A stretch of DNA of 63,630 bases, filler included, from Perkinsus chesapeaki ATCC PRA-425 (Eukaryota; Protista; Perkinsozoa), in assembly GCA_013115145.1 (NCBI GenBank). It is 6 parts of 6 records of this genome, joined end to end, with 100 filler letters (N's around TTAATTAATTAA, not from the genome) between each part and the next. Parts side by side here need not be neighbours in the genome. Positions count along the whole stretch, not along the records: positions 15,164 to 28,319 come from JAAPAO010000797.1; positions 28,420 to 42,739 come from JAAPAO010000755.1; 4 more parts are not named here. One strand, given 5' to 3'. Positions 23,130-37,121 of the stretch are shown here, piece by piece. Made by a program: the position numbers and the translations under genes. The notes under the pieces were generated by a model. It saw only the letters and a list, made by a program, of their open reading frames with translations. It was not told the origin of the DNA and did no database searches. Within the stretch, counting starts at the first letter, position 1. Every line of letters begins with the position of its first letter.

Positions 23130-25921
23130 ATGCTGTGTGCACACGTACAGCACAAAGAGTATTGTGACAAGAATATTGCGCAGCGCCATGGAACAGTTGT
23201 GCCAATCACTTGGCTCCGGATACCACTACCGAGCCTATTTGGCACCTATTGGGTGTTCTCGCATTGTGCGCTGTTGACCCAATGGCAAATTGTGTTATTG
23301 TGTCTCCATTTCTCTCCACTGGTGTGCATCATAGATGCCCACTGGGTTCCAGGCATAGATTCGAGCGTCGATCGAACGGTAGATAATATCAACTAGGCAT
23401 CCCGTACGCTCTCTGCCTCCCCATCCATGTGATCGCCTTCTCCAAGTATCATTGGTGGCTTCGCCGTTTCAGTGCAAACGGTGCTGTGCTATCGGCTGTT
23501 CTCTGGTCGCGCACTTGTGGCCGCCTATGGTCTCATAATCGTCGCTTGTAGAACAGGTAAGACTCGACGAGCGTTTGTAGTTAACTCATATTACTTGCAC
23601 TTTATTGACGATGAACCCTTTTTATCCTGAGCTCAAATGACTGTATGGTAGAAGCCAAATTATAATACCGGTTACGGCTGGCCGCGAGTAGAGCTCACGT
23701 GGGATCGAAGCGAAGAAAAATTTTCTCGGTACAACTACTTGTACCCTAAGCTTCTCGATACAATAGTCGCATCAATTAGCGCCCTTGTCTCAGTGTCAGA
23801 TTTGGGTGCCTTCCTTCCAAGTATACCAAGGTTGCCGTTTCAGGTGGACTGGCTGGTAGTGCCTTCAATGCTTCGTTATTGGGATGGTTTCGTGGAGATA
23901 TTGTGAAGGCTGTAAGCCACACTCCGGGCTAAGCACGACAACGTATTTCACATATCATAACAAAGCGAGGAAGTGGTACCCTCCTGAAGGATCCCTTTCG
24001 ATGAATCAGAACGATTTATTATGACGGGATTTCTAAACTTGTTGAAAATATCGTACATTTCAGCCCGGTTCAATAATGGAGCCGGGTTAAGTGTACAAAG
24101 CCTCGTCAAACTCAATTTTCCCATTATCTGCATTTAGCGAATCTGTATTGTATTTTCTAGATTATTTTTAACCTGTGAAAACCGGCAGTATCTTCAAGAT
24201 ACTATCTTCTCCTGGAATGGCGGCGCGAGACCATCATTGAGCTTTACTCCGTTATTTCTAGTCGAAGCACTTTCAGGTATCATTCTCTTGTGCGCTCACA
24301 GGCGTTGGTCTAGTCTGCGCCATTACCTTCGCAGTTCTATACAAGGGTACCCGAACAGCACGGTGAGCTTTGGGGTTCTGATTCCCTCGATGATACATGT
24401 CGAGCTGGACCTTTTGTGCAATCTCCCGCGAGAGGTAACATAGGTTGATATGGCCACTCCTTGCGCGGCGAGATGACGTGAATTCGGAATCAAGCGGCGA
24501 GGAAGATATCCGGAACTCTTTGAAGACGCTCCCTGGCCTTTACTGGGTTCTGTGGTTGGCTCTTGGCTTGCTCTATGCAACCATCTTCCCTTTCGAAACC
24601 GTCGCTGTTGATTACTATGTCAGTGACTGGGGAATGTCACAGCAAAAAGCAGGTAAGCTGCTGTACCGTGATAAGATCGAGAAAAGGTTGCCAAGCAGCG
24701 TGATCTGATGGGCAGACTGGCTCAGCTTCGTGACACGCAGCTCGTCCGCCGACGTTTTGCTCGTCAGGTCTCATCTTGTCGGCATGCCCATTCTGGTCAC
24801 TCCTGTCACCCTTACTATCCTCCATTTTGACGACAGCCATGCGTAAGTGGGCCGCTAGTTTCTTTTCCTGTACAAGGAATTAAAGTCCATTTCACCAGAT
24901 AGTTTCTCCCTCAACTGATATTAGCAAGCTTCGCTAAAGGCTCTGCCCCTAGTGGCGCAGCGGTGGAATTGTCTTCATTGTAGGTAAAACAGTAACTCTA
25001 TTGCTGGCATTCACTTTCATAATTGTCGGTCTGCTCGGGCAGGTGCTGCACATTACCTCCAGTCCCCTTGGGTAAAAGATATCGTGATGTTGACGTGAAA
25101 GTACGGGCGACATTGGCTCAGGTTCATGATAGTTACCGGTTGGGGATATGCTCTTGGTGGCACATGTGCATGGGTGCTTGCCTCAGACATCCTGGTGGCA
25201 TTTCAGTGCAATAGTAAGAACTCCTCGTTCCCTGTATACATCCAGTCGACTTATTATTCTTCAAAATTCTGCAGATTCCTCGGATGTTTGAGCCAGCTTC
25301 GCTTCCAGCCTTGATTCCACTTCTCGAGGATAACAACTGAGCTGCCTTCCACGTCTTGTTTTTCTATCGAGCTCTTCCGTTTGAAACCGGTAGCCATTGA
25401 GGCTGTGCTGTAGCTTCTTTTCGCCATCTTCACCCAAGCCTCCACGACCATTAACATCGAAACATTACAGCAGGCGCGCTCTGTACGAGAGAGACTTCTC
25501 AGAAGACTCTCCTGTGATGGGACAAAGCTGGCCGAAATTCTGTGAAAGTTCATGCGAAATATTCTCCACCAATAGACGAGAGCGGTCACGTGCACCCTCG
25601 TCTTTGAAACATCTTTCTGGCATTAATACCGAGACCTACTCGGAATCTACAAGGGATATAGTGACGGTGATATTGCTCAGGCCCCTCAACCGAATCTATT
25701 GCGGTGGCGATGCTGTACGTTTCACTTGGTGTGATGCTCTTCATATCAAACTTCCTGGCGGGTATCACCCGAGACCATTCCAAGGACTATCGGTCATGTA
25801 TACTTTTCTTTGCAATGCTGTCTACAGTGGCCTGGGGATGCGCGGCGGTGAGTTAGTCGGTGAGGGCACATTGAAAGCCCTTGATGTTTACCGGCCTAAC
25901 GCTTACGTATCAAGTTTTTAA
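23130..25921 (+). CDS. Major facilitator superfamily transporter, MFSD1-like; multi-exon, 5' end approximate
   Basis: GGLAGSAFNASLLGWFRG (TM4-like), LPGLYWVLWLALGLLYATIFPFETVAVDYYVSDWG (TM7), SIAVAMLYVSLGVMLFISNFLAGITRDHSKDYRSCILFFAMLSTVAW (TM11-12). Confidence 0.75.
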
Positions 25922-28419
25922 TTGTCTCATATAATTCAATGTTGAACTGCCGGAGGCCCTCCGGCGGAGAGTGACACTCCCAAGTAAATGCCATGTGTTT
26001 CTCGCGATGAAAGTTACGGCGGAATTACGTTAGAGCAGTTTTACAGTATTGCAATTTTATTATCTATTCTCGCTAGTATTTTATACCGGGGATATCACGG
26101 TGGGTTGAGGTGAATTATCCGCAGGTGCGAAGAGTATTCTCAGAATATCAGGACTCAGGTGCTGTGTTATTCCGCTTCACAAGGCTCCTTGGCAATATTG
26201 AGGTTACAGCGTCGAGCCAGAGATGATGGTGAGGATGGTTGGCTGGATGATGATAGTGACGATTCTCGGGGCAACAGCTTCATAAGGGGTCGGACCATTC
26301 CACGAGGCTAATGCGTAACGTGCATATTGCGAAAATTGTTGATCAGATCATGACAGTGCTGGCGCGACAATTCTATGGCACTCATTGAGGGGTGAGATCG
26401 ATACACGCAGTTGAATACCAGCAGGATAAAATGACGTCGCGCGAATTTGGAATCATGCACGAAAATGAATCGTTCATTTTGATGTATCATCAGTCTCTGT
26501 TTCAGCTAGATGTCCCTAGTTGTGTCGTGTGATGTCAGAGTGGGCGTTAACATCGTTATCAGCAGAAATTTGTTTGCTTCGAAGCCAGCTATATGCCAGG
26601 TTGGAACCATTACGCTGGGTATGGGCAAAGACCCAATAATGGTAAACATGATCATAGTACGGCACGCGACCCTCGCATTGTGAGGGTCTGTCACCATCAT
26701 TAACCTTAGCAAGCTTCGGACTACGGGCCTTGAGTGGGACGTATCACATTGCTTCAAGCCTCACAATGACATTGTGGTTGTCTCACGGATAATCGTCTTG
26801 TTGCGATCATCAATTTGTAGCATTTTAGAATTGTAGAGGAACCTACTAGATGTCACCGTCGCAAATGGTGACTCACATTTAAGCTGTCAAGGATAATATA
26901 ATGTTGATGATATTCATATCGTATAGGTGACGAGACTGCACGGTGCGACCCTCCCGTGGCTCACTCTCATAGAACGTATACTATTAGCCACTGCAATAAT
27001 TTCGCCTCCCATACTCTCTGCCTGCATGCACATGGTGTACATTTTATCAATCTGAAGGAACAGTGTCACTGATGAAGTTCAAAGTCTAACCCGGTCAAAC
27101 AGAGAGAAATGGAGTCGATTACTCTACTCCGAATCATCTATGCAACAACACAATGCTGCGAACATTGTCGGCCCGTTACGAGATCGCCGACCCGAAGCGA
27201 GTGTCATTTGCGCCGTGAATCTTGAGTCAAGCTGTTATACCGCATTCATCTCATCAGCTCTAAGGTTCAAAAGTGACTCGATTGTTGATTGCTTCTCCAA
27301 AAGCAAGTCAAGAGACGCACAAGCTTCGGCCAAACCATCGTCGTCATCCTGAAATACTCATTTCTAGAGACAGAATAGATCGAGAACAAACCATGCCTAC
27401 CGAGGGTCCCTTTGATTCGATGATACTCACTTGACGATCAAGCTCAGACAGAAATGTCGCCATGGGAACTGCCGACCTAGGGAAATCCACTACGAAAGTT
27501 GATCTTTGTGGTCCTGATGTATCGAAGCGGAGCGTTCTTGCGAAACATGTGAGTTATAGCACACTCACGTTATGGTCAACATGATGAATTCTCCTGCATT
27601 TCACTTACCACATCATTCATTTTTTGGAATTCGATGTATTCTTTTAATTCCGTTTTAAAAGCGAGCCACACTGTGGCTGCCACAGCTCGGACGAAACGCT
27701 CAACGCGATAGCACTCGAACTGGTAGATAACAATTAGTAAGACTGTACGTGGTACTGTGTGTGTATACTACACTAAGTGTAGTACACTTTACGACGATTG
27801 ACACTTTTCACTTCTTCGCAGAGGATGGCGCTTTTCCGCGAATGAAGGAAACCCTGGTTTTCCTGAAATTCATTCCGTTTCTTACCAAGAAACGGGGGCG
27901 TAGCCACTGATTTTGCCTCATCCTCATCTCGAGAAATGCAAGGCAGTGAATATTAATCGTGTTATAACCACTCCGTTCGGAAGTGTTCACCCTTTGCCTT
28001 CTACTAGGTTACTAAACTAGCCAGTGAGTATTGAAGTCACTGGCTCCTACCCTAATAACCGAACAACACCAACGGAGAGCCTGCCATTATATAGCTAAAG
28101 GGGGTTCTAACGGAGCCAGATGTCAACGAATACCAAGATGAGTATTACCAACCAAAGCCAGCCAAGGACTTAGCGAACTCAGGCAAGCTTGAGAGCTTGC
28201 GGTGGGACTCCCACCCTGCGAGCAGGGTTGTACATCCTCGGGAACGATTGGTCATTGTTCCTATGTTCCATGTTCCCGGGAATGTTCCCGGGAACAATAT
28301 GGGAACAAACAAAATGGGANNNNNNNNNNNNNNNNNNNNNNNNNNNNNNNNNNNNNNNNNNNNTTAATTAATTAANNNNNNNNNNNNNNNNNNNNNNNNN
28401 NNNNNNNNNNNNNNNNNNN

Positions 28420-28526
28420 AAATGTTATTATATAATGTTGTTCGATTGTCCTTTATTTTTACACTAGTAAAATGTTATTATATAATGTTGTTAGATTGTC
28501 CTTTATTTTCACACTAGTAAAATGTT
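28420..28526. repeat. 50-bp tandem repeat (just over 2 copies) at contig start
   Basis: aatgttattatataatgttgtt(c/a)gattgtcctttattt(t/c)acactagtaa at 28421 and 28471. Confidence 0.92.
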
Positions 28527-28602
28527 CCTTCATTTTTGCACTATTGAACTGTTGCCCCTAGATTTCGGGAATACACATTATTCTCTCTTTAAATTCTTTC
28601 AG

Positions 28603-28987
28603 AGTTCTCAAGCCATTTACGACTCGCCGAGATTTTCGCTCGGACATGCTGAACCAAACCATACACAATTTACGCGTTACGAACAGCGCGCTCTACGCAA
28701 TCGAGGACAAAGGCGGTTTCGACGATTACATCCTGAGATCACCACCAGAAGTAAGGTACATCTTGCAATCTTGTAAGATCTTGCATTTCCTCAACATTTT
28801 CAGGAGATGCGGTCAAATTGTGGAGAGAAAATGCGCAATGTGATGTACTGGTACATGCAACACCCAGGTAGGGTAAATCTCGTCCGCCATGGTGATCGAT
28901 TTGTTTGGTGTCAGAATATAAAGCTTTGGGGTTGCCGTGGAAGGTGTTCTTGAGGAAGAGAAATCAGCTCGATCCGGCTTATGCCAG
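28603..28987 (+). CDS. MRPL28: Mitochondrial ribosomal protein bL28m (MRPL28/MRPL24 family); internal exons only
   Basis: RRDFRSDMLNQTIHNLRVTNSALYAIEDKGGFDDYILRSPPE | EMRSNCGEKMRNVMYWYMQHP | YKALGLPWKVFLRKRNQLDPAYA; bL28 core motif VT..AL..I...GGFD.YIL. Confidence 0.82.
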
Positions 28988-31069
28988 GTAGGAATATTTT
29001 ATGGCGTTCCCTCAGATAACTCAGATTTAGTTATTTGCCTAATAATTCCGAACACCCTGTTTCAAAGTAGCATTATCGTCTTGCAAGTACGTAAAGTTAT
29101 TACCTAGAAAAATAATGTTCAAAGTTTGGACTCCAAACTCGCATCTTTGGCGAAGTTAGCTTTGCACACTCAATCCCTATCTCTGGATTTCGCGTACTGT
29201 AAACCTTTTTTTCCGAACAGCGCTCCTTTCATCCGGCAGATAGTCATCCGCAAAATACTCAAGTGAAGTGTAGCAATATGATTATATATCAATCGAATAC
29301 CTCCCGGAAAATGAATAGCATATGCACACTTTATACTACAAGTACTACAGTCCTCCAAATAAACTTAGAATATTCGCTCGCCTATATATGAGTAACTAGG
29401 CTTGAAACGGTTATAATATTTTGACAAGTGAGTCTGAACTACGATATGCGTAACATATCCGAAGATTTGCCTCAAACTCGTTCCCGTTGTGAAGTAATGA
29501 TATTATTTCAGAATATTCTAAGTTTATTTAGAGGACTGTATAGTTGTACTACAAGCTGTAGTATAATATTCTGACTTCTATTGACAATAAAAATGTGAAT
29601 AGAATTATAAACGGCAATGTTCTGGGGCGAGAGAGCATCGCTCTTGCATTTTGAATGATACAGGCTATAATTCACTAATGCTAATTGCTCTGTGAGCGCC
29701 ACTCTGGGGTACTCCGGGAAAACTATCAGTTTAGCGCGCTTGCCCATGGAGAATGTACCCTGCCTTTCGTAGCGATAGGCGAGTGAGGTTGGAGTGATTG
29801 CATCTTTGTAAGGTATATGCACGAGTTGAAAAAGCATCACTCTGTGAGGCATCTCTACAAGCAGCACTCGAAGTTTTCACCGTATTACCTGCCCAAGCAC
29901 GAGAAAGGACTGTAAGGCGCCATGGCTCACATCCGGTCTATCGGGTTTAAGTTACGTACAAGTGTACAAGTTTAGTGGGAGTTTAAGACCAATTGCGACA
30001 TAACGGTTTTTGTATGAGACTCGGGGAAATGCTAAACCGTTTCCTGGTCGAAATTCAGCCTGGGTGACCCTTCATTTGCTACTGTAGCACTGGGCGGACT
30101 CGACAGCTCCGTTTTAACGTTATTGCCGGCGCTCATTAGTAATTTCCGTCGTACTCCATGACAGGTATCCTGTTCGACAGAAGTTCATGGCCGGCTCGGA
30201 TGCCCCAGAGAAGATCGGGAAATGGTGGCAGGATTCTCCGGCGTTGGAAGATGCTTTCCGGAGGAGGCTTGGTGAAGCTAAGTCATTTGAGGAAGGTGAG
30301 GACATGCTTTGCATGTCGACTGAATGCTCATGAGAATCTCTTCACTAATTTGACGTGAGTGTTTCTCGTGGTCTCATCGGAAATATGAAAGCATGATAGC
30401 GAACCAGCATCACGGGCCCGTAGTCCAGGAAATACAGCTTGATAAGGGGCTCTTCTCCATTGCTGCTTTGTATCATCGAAGTTCGTTCTCGGTGAATATG
30501 TTAGTTTTATTTTGTATAAGATGCGGTACCGGTGGGAAGTATATACACTATACAGTGGAGGACTATACAAAAGTTAAAAATAGAAGTTAATTTTTCATAA
30601 ATAATATATAATATAATATGAAGAAGTCGCACAACTATACAGTTGTCGGTCAAATCAATCATCTCACACAGTGTTTGAGTATCCATCTGGTTTACAAGCT
30701 TTGTCTGGCAATGAACGCCGCCAAACCTTCGTAGAATTCCCCTCAAAATATGGGGAATCCTTTCTGGTACCTTAGCGTCCAGCGCGGAAGGTTGGTTTTC
30801 AATTCTCTCAATTTTGGTTCATGATTAGATCATGCGAAAAGTTATTGGCTTCTCGTTAACGTTGGCTGATTTTGAGATGCTCATTTTGGATACACCTTCA
30901 GTCTCTTCTTAAGTGGTAGTATTCCGATCTACTACGTAGATCACATTCCTTACATCTCTCCGACTCGGATAATCCGTCTGTTATCGAGTCGGTTTCAATA
31001 TACTTCATCATCAGAACCGTCGGAGTATCAAGTTGGCTTTGCCTGATTTTCCACCCCGACTGGCATTTT

Positions 31070-31714
31070 ACGAAAAGTATACCATAAATGGGATTTTATG
31101 AAGGCTTCCTTTCGCGCATTGATAAGCACTAGAGTATTCGTTGATTTCGCTTTCTACCGGGCAAGTTCCATGTCTCTCCTTTCTCAGCCCACGCTGATCA
31201 CCGTGAGCCTGATGCCTACCGCAGAGGATACGGTATGGGTCGAGGTGGCGAACACGGTGGAATGCCCCGATGGCGAAGCAAGACATATAAATTCCGTCAA
31301 TTGCGGCCTTATTAATCATTGTTGCCATGAAGTCGTGTGTCGTTTCGGAAGTTGAAAGAATGTTGAGTTGTTAATCTAGGCCTGTGATCCTGCTTGCACG
31401 CATGAACAAGAGTGATCGAGATCGAGTGCAATTTGACTAAACCGATGAGCAAAGACATTTACAGCGTCTCTTATTCTGACTGCCTGGAAATTGAACAGTT
31501 TTGTAAGTTTGGTTTCTAAGAGCATGATATTCCAGGATAGTAAAGCGTGGACGTTCAATGAGAACGAATGGAAATGTTTTATGTTTTCTGTCGTAAAACG
31601 CAGCTTTCCCTCGAGGAATCCAACGACCAATTCAAAGCCCTGATGTGGTGTTACGTGTGCAGGCATTTTTCTGATGCAGGCAAGCGTAACAGCTCGATTT
31701 TGTGATGATGGCAT
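31070..31714 (-). pseudogene. Degenerate member of a lineage-specific gene family (copy A)
   Basis: Broken ORFs 31376..31714 and 31068..31328. Clear nucleotide similarity to 35198-35640 (e.g. ccgtgagcctgatgcc, cggtggaatgccccgat, gtcgtttcggaagtt). Confidence 0.55.
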
Positions 31715-34700
31715 CCAACTTGTAGATCTAAGACATTAGTCCGGCGAGTCTCCAATATGGACTCCATTCTATGGACTCACTCCATACGACGGGTTCTTTT
31801 ATTGACACTAAAGCCGACACGTAGCCTTTTTGTCGAATATCATAAAAGACCCTATAGTGTAATGGTCAAATAAATATTGAAATAGTTTCATGCCCAGTAT
31901 AGTAAATAACGAGTCGTTCTGGACGGCTTTACTCTCAGATTAAAGCTGAGAGAGTCCAACCAAAGTGGACCTTGACGCCCCCTAATGGCGTTAGTCTTCA
32001 CATAATTGGGGCTACTTGGGCACCTACTAGAGGACCAAGATCTAGGAATAGCGAAACGATGGTCTGAAAGAGCAACTTTATTTTCATCGTAGACTGCTAA
32101 CCTGACCATGGACCCACTCTCCACACAGTGGAGAAAACCACTGTCAAGGCTCGTACGCACATGCCCTGACCGCAGGCTTAGGGCGCTTAGATACAGTCAG
32201 ACAATATTCTCCTTGGAGGCAATCCTAAATGTAGCTGCAGTATTCAAAAATCAAGGCTGATTACTTTATCTTTATCACATTTAATAACACAAGCACCATT
32301 GACGCAGGCTGCGGTGCCCCTTGGAGGTTTTGGACAATAAATGACACCGAGGCATGGCTTCGAGCATACCACCCCGTTGAGCGCGTGGGTTTTTTCATCC
32401 TGATAGGACAGCTATCATTTCTAAGTAAGACAGAGTGAGAACAGAGCTCACCCAATAAGATTGAACCATTTTATCGCACTTGCAACCCCTAACCTTTCGG
32501 TGCTCGTCAAACTCACATTTGCCTTCTGGTCTCATGTACACCTCACCTGACATGGGTAGACCAACGTAGCAGAACTGAAAGCATTATACGGAGATACCTT
32601 CGTCGTTGAGAAGGGGATGAGATGACTCGGAGTGCCTGCAAAGGAAATAGCAGAAATGACATATACAATCAAGTCACCGTACACCTACAGGGTGAATCCA
32701 TCTTGTTCTCGTACTAATAACTTGGACGCGACCAGGGTGGACAACACAACGGAGACAGCCTTGTTGATGATACGCATCGTTGAGTTTCTCAAGAGGGAGC
32801 GATGATAAGTGATCAATGGGAATCTGCTTTCAGAGCACAACAATAAGCGCGAGCGTACAGAGTAGAGAGCGTACGCAGGAACAAGCACTGCAGTCTGCAG
32901 CATGGAGTAGTTCTTGATATACTTGCCAGCTTTATCCAGCATCATATACTGGGTAGCCGACTGTTGGTTTATTCAAAGGCCCAAGCTACCCGAGTCTAAA
33001 CCGGCCCAACCATTCCAAGTCACGCAATTCTTATCAGACAGCAACAACGCGCATGTAACGAGACGTGACTTCGGATGAGCCGCTCCGACAAGAAATAAAC
33101 CATCTCAAGGTAAATGCGTGATTAACCATAAGAGGGCTTTTAAGCTAGGTACAAGAGCCCCTGAGATGATTGATCCTACGGCGGCCAGCCATGCGTTTTA
33201 CGGGGTGTAGGCTCTGTGAATGACACTGCTTCCCCTTGTAAATTTCATCATGTGCGTCCCAAAGGGACTGTCCCAGGGACAGTATCCTCTGACTTGGCGT
33301 GAAGTCCCGCAACCCGGAGCATGTAGGACGCCCCTTGAGTCAAGGGCCTTGACTGACCGTCGGAGACAGACGATATCATCGATCATCGACAGTGCTAAGC
33401 AGAATGCGCTATAATCACAAACAGACCGCTTGAAACAGTATCGCACGTCACTGGTGGTGAGCCAGAATCTGGGTTCCAGACGGCGCTAGGCGTCACGCGC
33501 CACAGTCTTCAAACGGGCCGAGTCATCAATGTGGCAATATGTTCCAGGTAGAGGCTGCTACGCGGAGACTCCATGAGCTGCGCGACCGTGAGACTCCCCG
33601 GTTTAACCGATTCGATTCTGATCGTTGGTCGGAAGTTCTGACTTAGAACCTGTTGCCCACAGAAGTCAGACCAGAGAGTCTGAGATATCCCATCTCGGAT
33701 GGCTGCAATGACACCAGTACTGTTGACGGCAGTCTGTTGTACAGTACGGATTGTTGAGGACCTTTCTGTGCCATTAACAAACTTGAGGCATCGCACCCGT
33801 TAGCATACACAAGCTGACTCTAAGGAACTCTTGAAACCATATAACTTATAGGCTGTAAGGCATTGAACGCTTGAGACATCTGCGTTTCAATTTAGAGTCT
33901 TGTAGCTGTTGAAGGGCAACTAAAATGGATCAAATTGGGACTCTATCATAAAGCGTATGTATGCAATGAACATGTACATCATGTTACCTTATTTTTTCTT
34001 AATGTGGGCCATCAATATTGCACAACACATTCTTAGCAACCGATGTCATTTCGCAATATTAAGAGCCTTCCGACTCGATAGTGTGGGCTCGGAACCTCCC
34101 AATGGGATTCCCCATTATGGGAACTATGCAATCCAAAGCGCGTCCGAGTTTGCGTAAGTCCGAGTTCAGCGTACTTGCTACTGTACAAAATGGGTCCACC
34201 TAAGTAGAACCGCGGCACAACGAGTGCCCCTTCTGCTGTGCGCGCGCGTGGATGGTCGGAGTAGCCAGGAAATGAGATCGGTTCAGGGTTGATGCCGTGG
34301 AATGAGAGTTGACGTAAAACCGAGGGAGGGGTTTTCGCGCTCAGATTTTTCCCGTCGGCTCTCAGCCGCTTTCGCGGAACAGCAAAACCGCGCTCGAACC
34401 ACGCGACACCGTCTTGGAAGTTCCAAGTTGGAATCTCATCGCAGCCTTTGTCCAGAAGCTTTTCAGATTGAACAGTCGCTCGTCGCACTCGGGGAGTACG
34501 GTACTCCGAGTACCTCGTCCATCCTCCCAATCCGTACTGGGCGTGTAGCCTAATAATGAGGCTCTGATCTTATAATAATATAAACTGTGGCCAGCTCTTA
34601 GAGGCGTTCGTAGAGGAAATTTTGAGAGCTCGTAAGATAAATAAGTAGCGCCGAACGATGACCACATGGTTCCTAGTCTTTTCGGCTCGGCGTTTTGGTG

Positions 34701-35197
34701 TCTCGGTGACAGTCGGTCGTTTTCACGCGTTTCCCGAAATCTTCATGAATTTTAGCGGGCCCTGCCCAACGCGCGGCTCTCAGCGGCGTGGATATTTTGA
34801 CGGTTTGTGAAGACACTTCAGGATTGTACCATTTGAAATGGTCCATTTCACTATGCACTGCTTCAATCTTTTCGAGAATGAGTACTCATTTCTGTATTTC
34901 TCTTGGTTTCATTTTCGAATACAGGCCAAGATCGCCTCACGCAATTACGAAATTTTCACACTGAATTATCGTATTAATTTTGTTGCACTGATCTATAACT
35001 CTTGGGAGAATTTCCTCGAGATTTTTCCCAAATCGTCCCATGAGGTGTTTCTCAAAAAAATGGCCTGGGTTCTGTGGAATCTCCTGTGTGACACAGGCTG
35101 TGTCTATGAGGAAAGGAGTAGACTGGGCTCTTAGACGGTCTAAGTTAGACCACGAGATATCGTGGTATTGATATCTTTACTCCATTAATGGAAAGTT

Positions 35198-35690
35198 TTA
35201 CGTGCTCTTCTTAGTCGGCCCACGCGGTTCACCGTGAGCCTGATGCCCATTGTATACGGTGGAATGCCCCGATAGCGAAGCGAGACGTATAAATTTCGTC
35301 CATTGAGGCCTAGTTATTGTTACCGTGAAGTCATATGTCGTTTCGGAAGTTAAAAGAATGTTGAGTTGTTGATCAGACCAACTTGATTTGGCCTGTAATC
35401 CCGCTTGCACGCATGCACATGAGATGGAACGTAGGTCGACTAAACCGATCAGTGCGAAAGGACATTTACAGTGTCTCTGATTTCGACTATCTGAAGGAGT
35501 AAATTCATCACAATTTCGTCAGTGCGGCATCTAAGAACTTGTAATTTCGAGAATGGTGTGTCGTAAACGTTGAATCTGAGCGTAAGGAAGCATTCCATAT
35601 AGTATTTGATAATCGACCTCCAACCGTTGTAGCGTGAATAGAGCCCTTTTGTCGGCGGCTTATTACCTAACCGGTTTGAATTCTCTCGGA
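35198..35690 (-). pseudogene. Degenerate paralog (copy B) of 31070-31714; may continue upstream to ORF 35978..36328
   Basis: Shared DNA blocks with copy A; multiple stops and frameshifts. Confidence 0.55.
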
Positions 35691-36494
35691 ATGGCTAGGA
35701 ACAACCCTGTTTGTTGGGTTTGTGAAGCACGACGAAGCTTGTGCTATCATACGCTCTGATGGGAAAGAGACGCTCGTCGAGCGCATGCGTCAATCTTATG
35801 TCACGGTGTACATGCGTACGACAATCGGGGGAGCCGCTGGAGGCGGTTGAGACCTTGAGTGAAGGTCGAAGAGTTTCAAGCTCGTTCCTGCAGAGAGTCT
35901 GAGTGTCTCCTTGCTTTTGTCCCGCCCTCCACTCCCTCACAATTGTTGGAAACTTTCCAATGGAGAGGGAGGGGGACTCAGGGACTCACTTTGTCAAGAT
36001 GGTTGTCGTTCGTCTCCGTAACGTTTCGGGCGGAGTCTCCGTTGCTCACCGCCCGAAACGAACACTCATTTTCAGCGTCACCGTAAAACGTCACTATGCA
36101 CGATACAGTGAGCTCAGCACGCACAATGTCGTGTACTACGCGTAATGACAACTGTGAAAACATACTGGACTTCCTGATTCTGAGCGTCAGAATAGCTGGA
36201 AAAATATGAACGTTTTCCTTTTTCTTACCGCCAGCTACCTTGTGGAGGTTTTCTAGTAGAAAATTTTCTACGACCCCACCATCCCTAGTGAATAGGGATC
36301 GTGGAACGGCGAAGGAAGAGAAGTACACTTAACAGATGCAGCAATGATTTGTTTTACATAGCAAGATTGGATTTTCTGTTTATTTCACGAAGAATGACGC
36401 ACAAGAATACCTGACATACACTTTGGGTTAAAGACTGTTGTAAGTTGCAACTTGTAACGAGAATGAAAGCGAAGCTCGGAAGTTACGTTAAAGT

Positions 36495-37121
36495 TTGGGA
36501 AAACTTCGGATTATCCCGGGATGTTATTCGAGGACTTTTCATGCGAGCAACAACAGCACTCTACGATTATGCCTGTTTGGGGGTTATCAATTGAAGTTCT
36601 TCGTACCTGGTGTAATCCAGAGTGATACTCTATCACAAATGAGCGCACGGGAAGAAGTGAGGAATAGCCTTGTTGAATATGCATGTAGCTGTGCGAACTT
36701 CGCCACGAATGAGGCCGGTACAACTACGAATTCATATACAACCGACGGTCACCCGACACTCTGTCAGCTTGCAAGTTGGGAGAGGAGGTTGGCCGAGTGG
36801 TCAAGGCGAACGTCCGATTGCGTTTCCCGGGCGGGTGTTAGTGGGAGGGCAAGCTCAAACTCAAGAGAGCTCTATGTGCCATCAGTCTTCAATACTTTTC
36901 CCTACGGTGGCACGTGCATGCACCAAACTTTGGTGCGTGAGTCCAAACTTACAACAGGGACCCGGCTTTGGTCACCAAAGCCTTGGTCACCCTGTTGTAA
37001 GATATTCGCGATCCTCGAATATAGCGTAATACGATCCTGGCTTTCTGCTTTATTACAGGATCTCAAAAATGGAGGTATTACCCTTGATGATTGCAGATAC
37101 TCTACAAGACCGTGTCCATGA
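36495..37121 (+). CDS. Hypothetical ORF (208 aa)
   Basis: Length only; no motif recognised. Confidence 0.3.
   Translation: MGKLRIIPGCYSRTFHASNNSTLRLCLFGGYQLKFFVPGVIQSDTLSQMSAREEVRNSLVEYACSCANFATNEAGTTTNSYTTDGHPTLCQLASWERRLAEWSRRTSDCVSRAGVSGRASSNSRELYVPSVFNTFPYGGTCMHQTLVRESKLTTGTRLWSPKPWSPCCKIFAILEYSVIRSWLSALLQDLKNGGITLDDCRYSTRPCP

Noticed and set aside
25386-25406. accggtagccattgaggct, resembling the dinoflagellate/Perkinsus spliced leader
   Set aside because: Several mismatches, and it lies within the MFS gene body rather than at a 5' end.
26690-26750. LRTTGLEWDV, resembling thiamine pyrophosphokinase
   Set aside because: The flanking TPK motifs (STSN, GDFDS) were not found.
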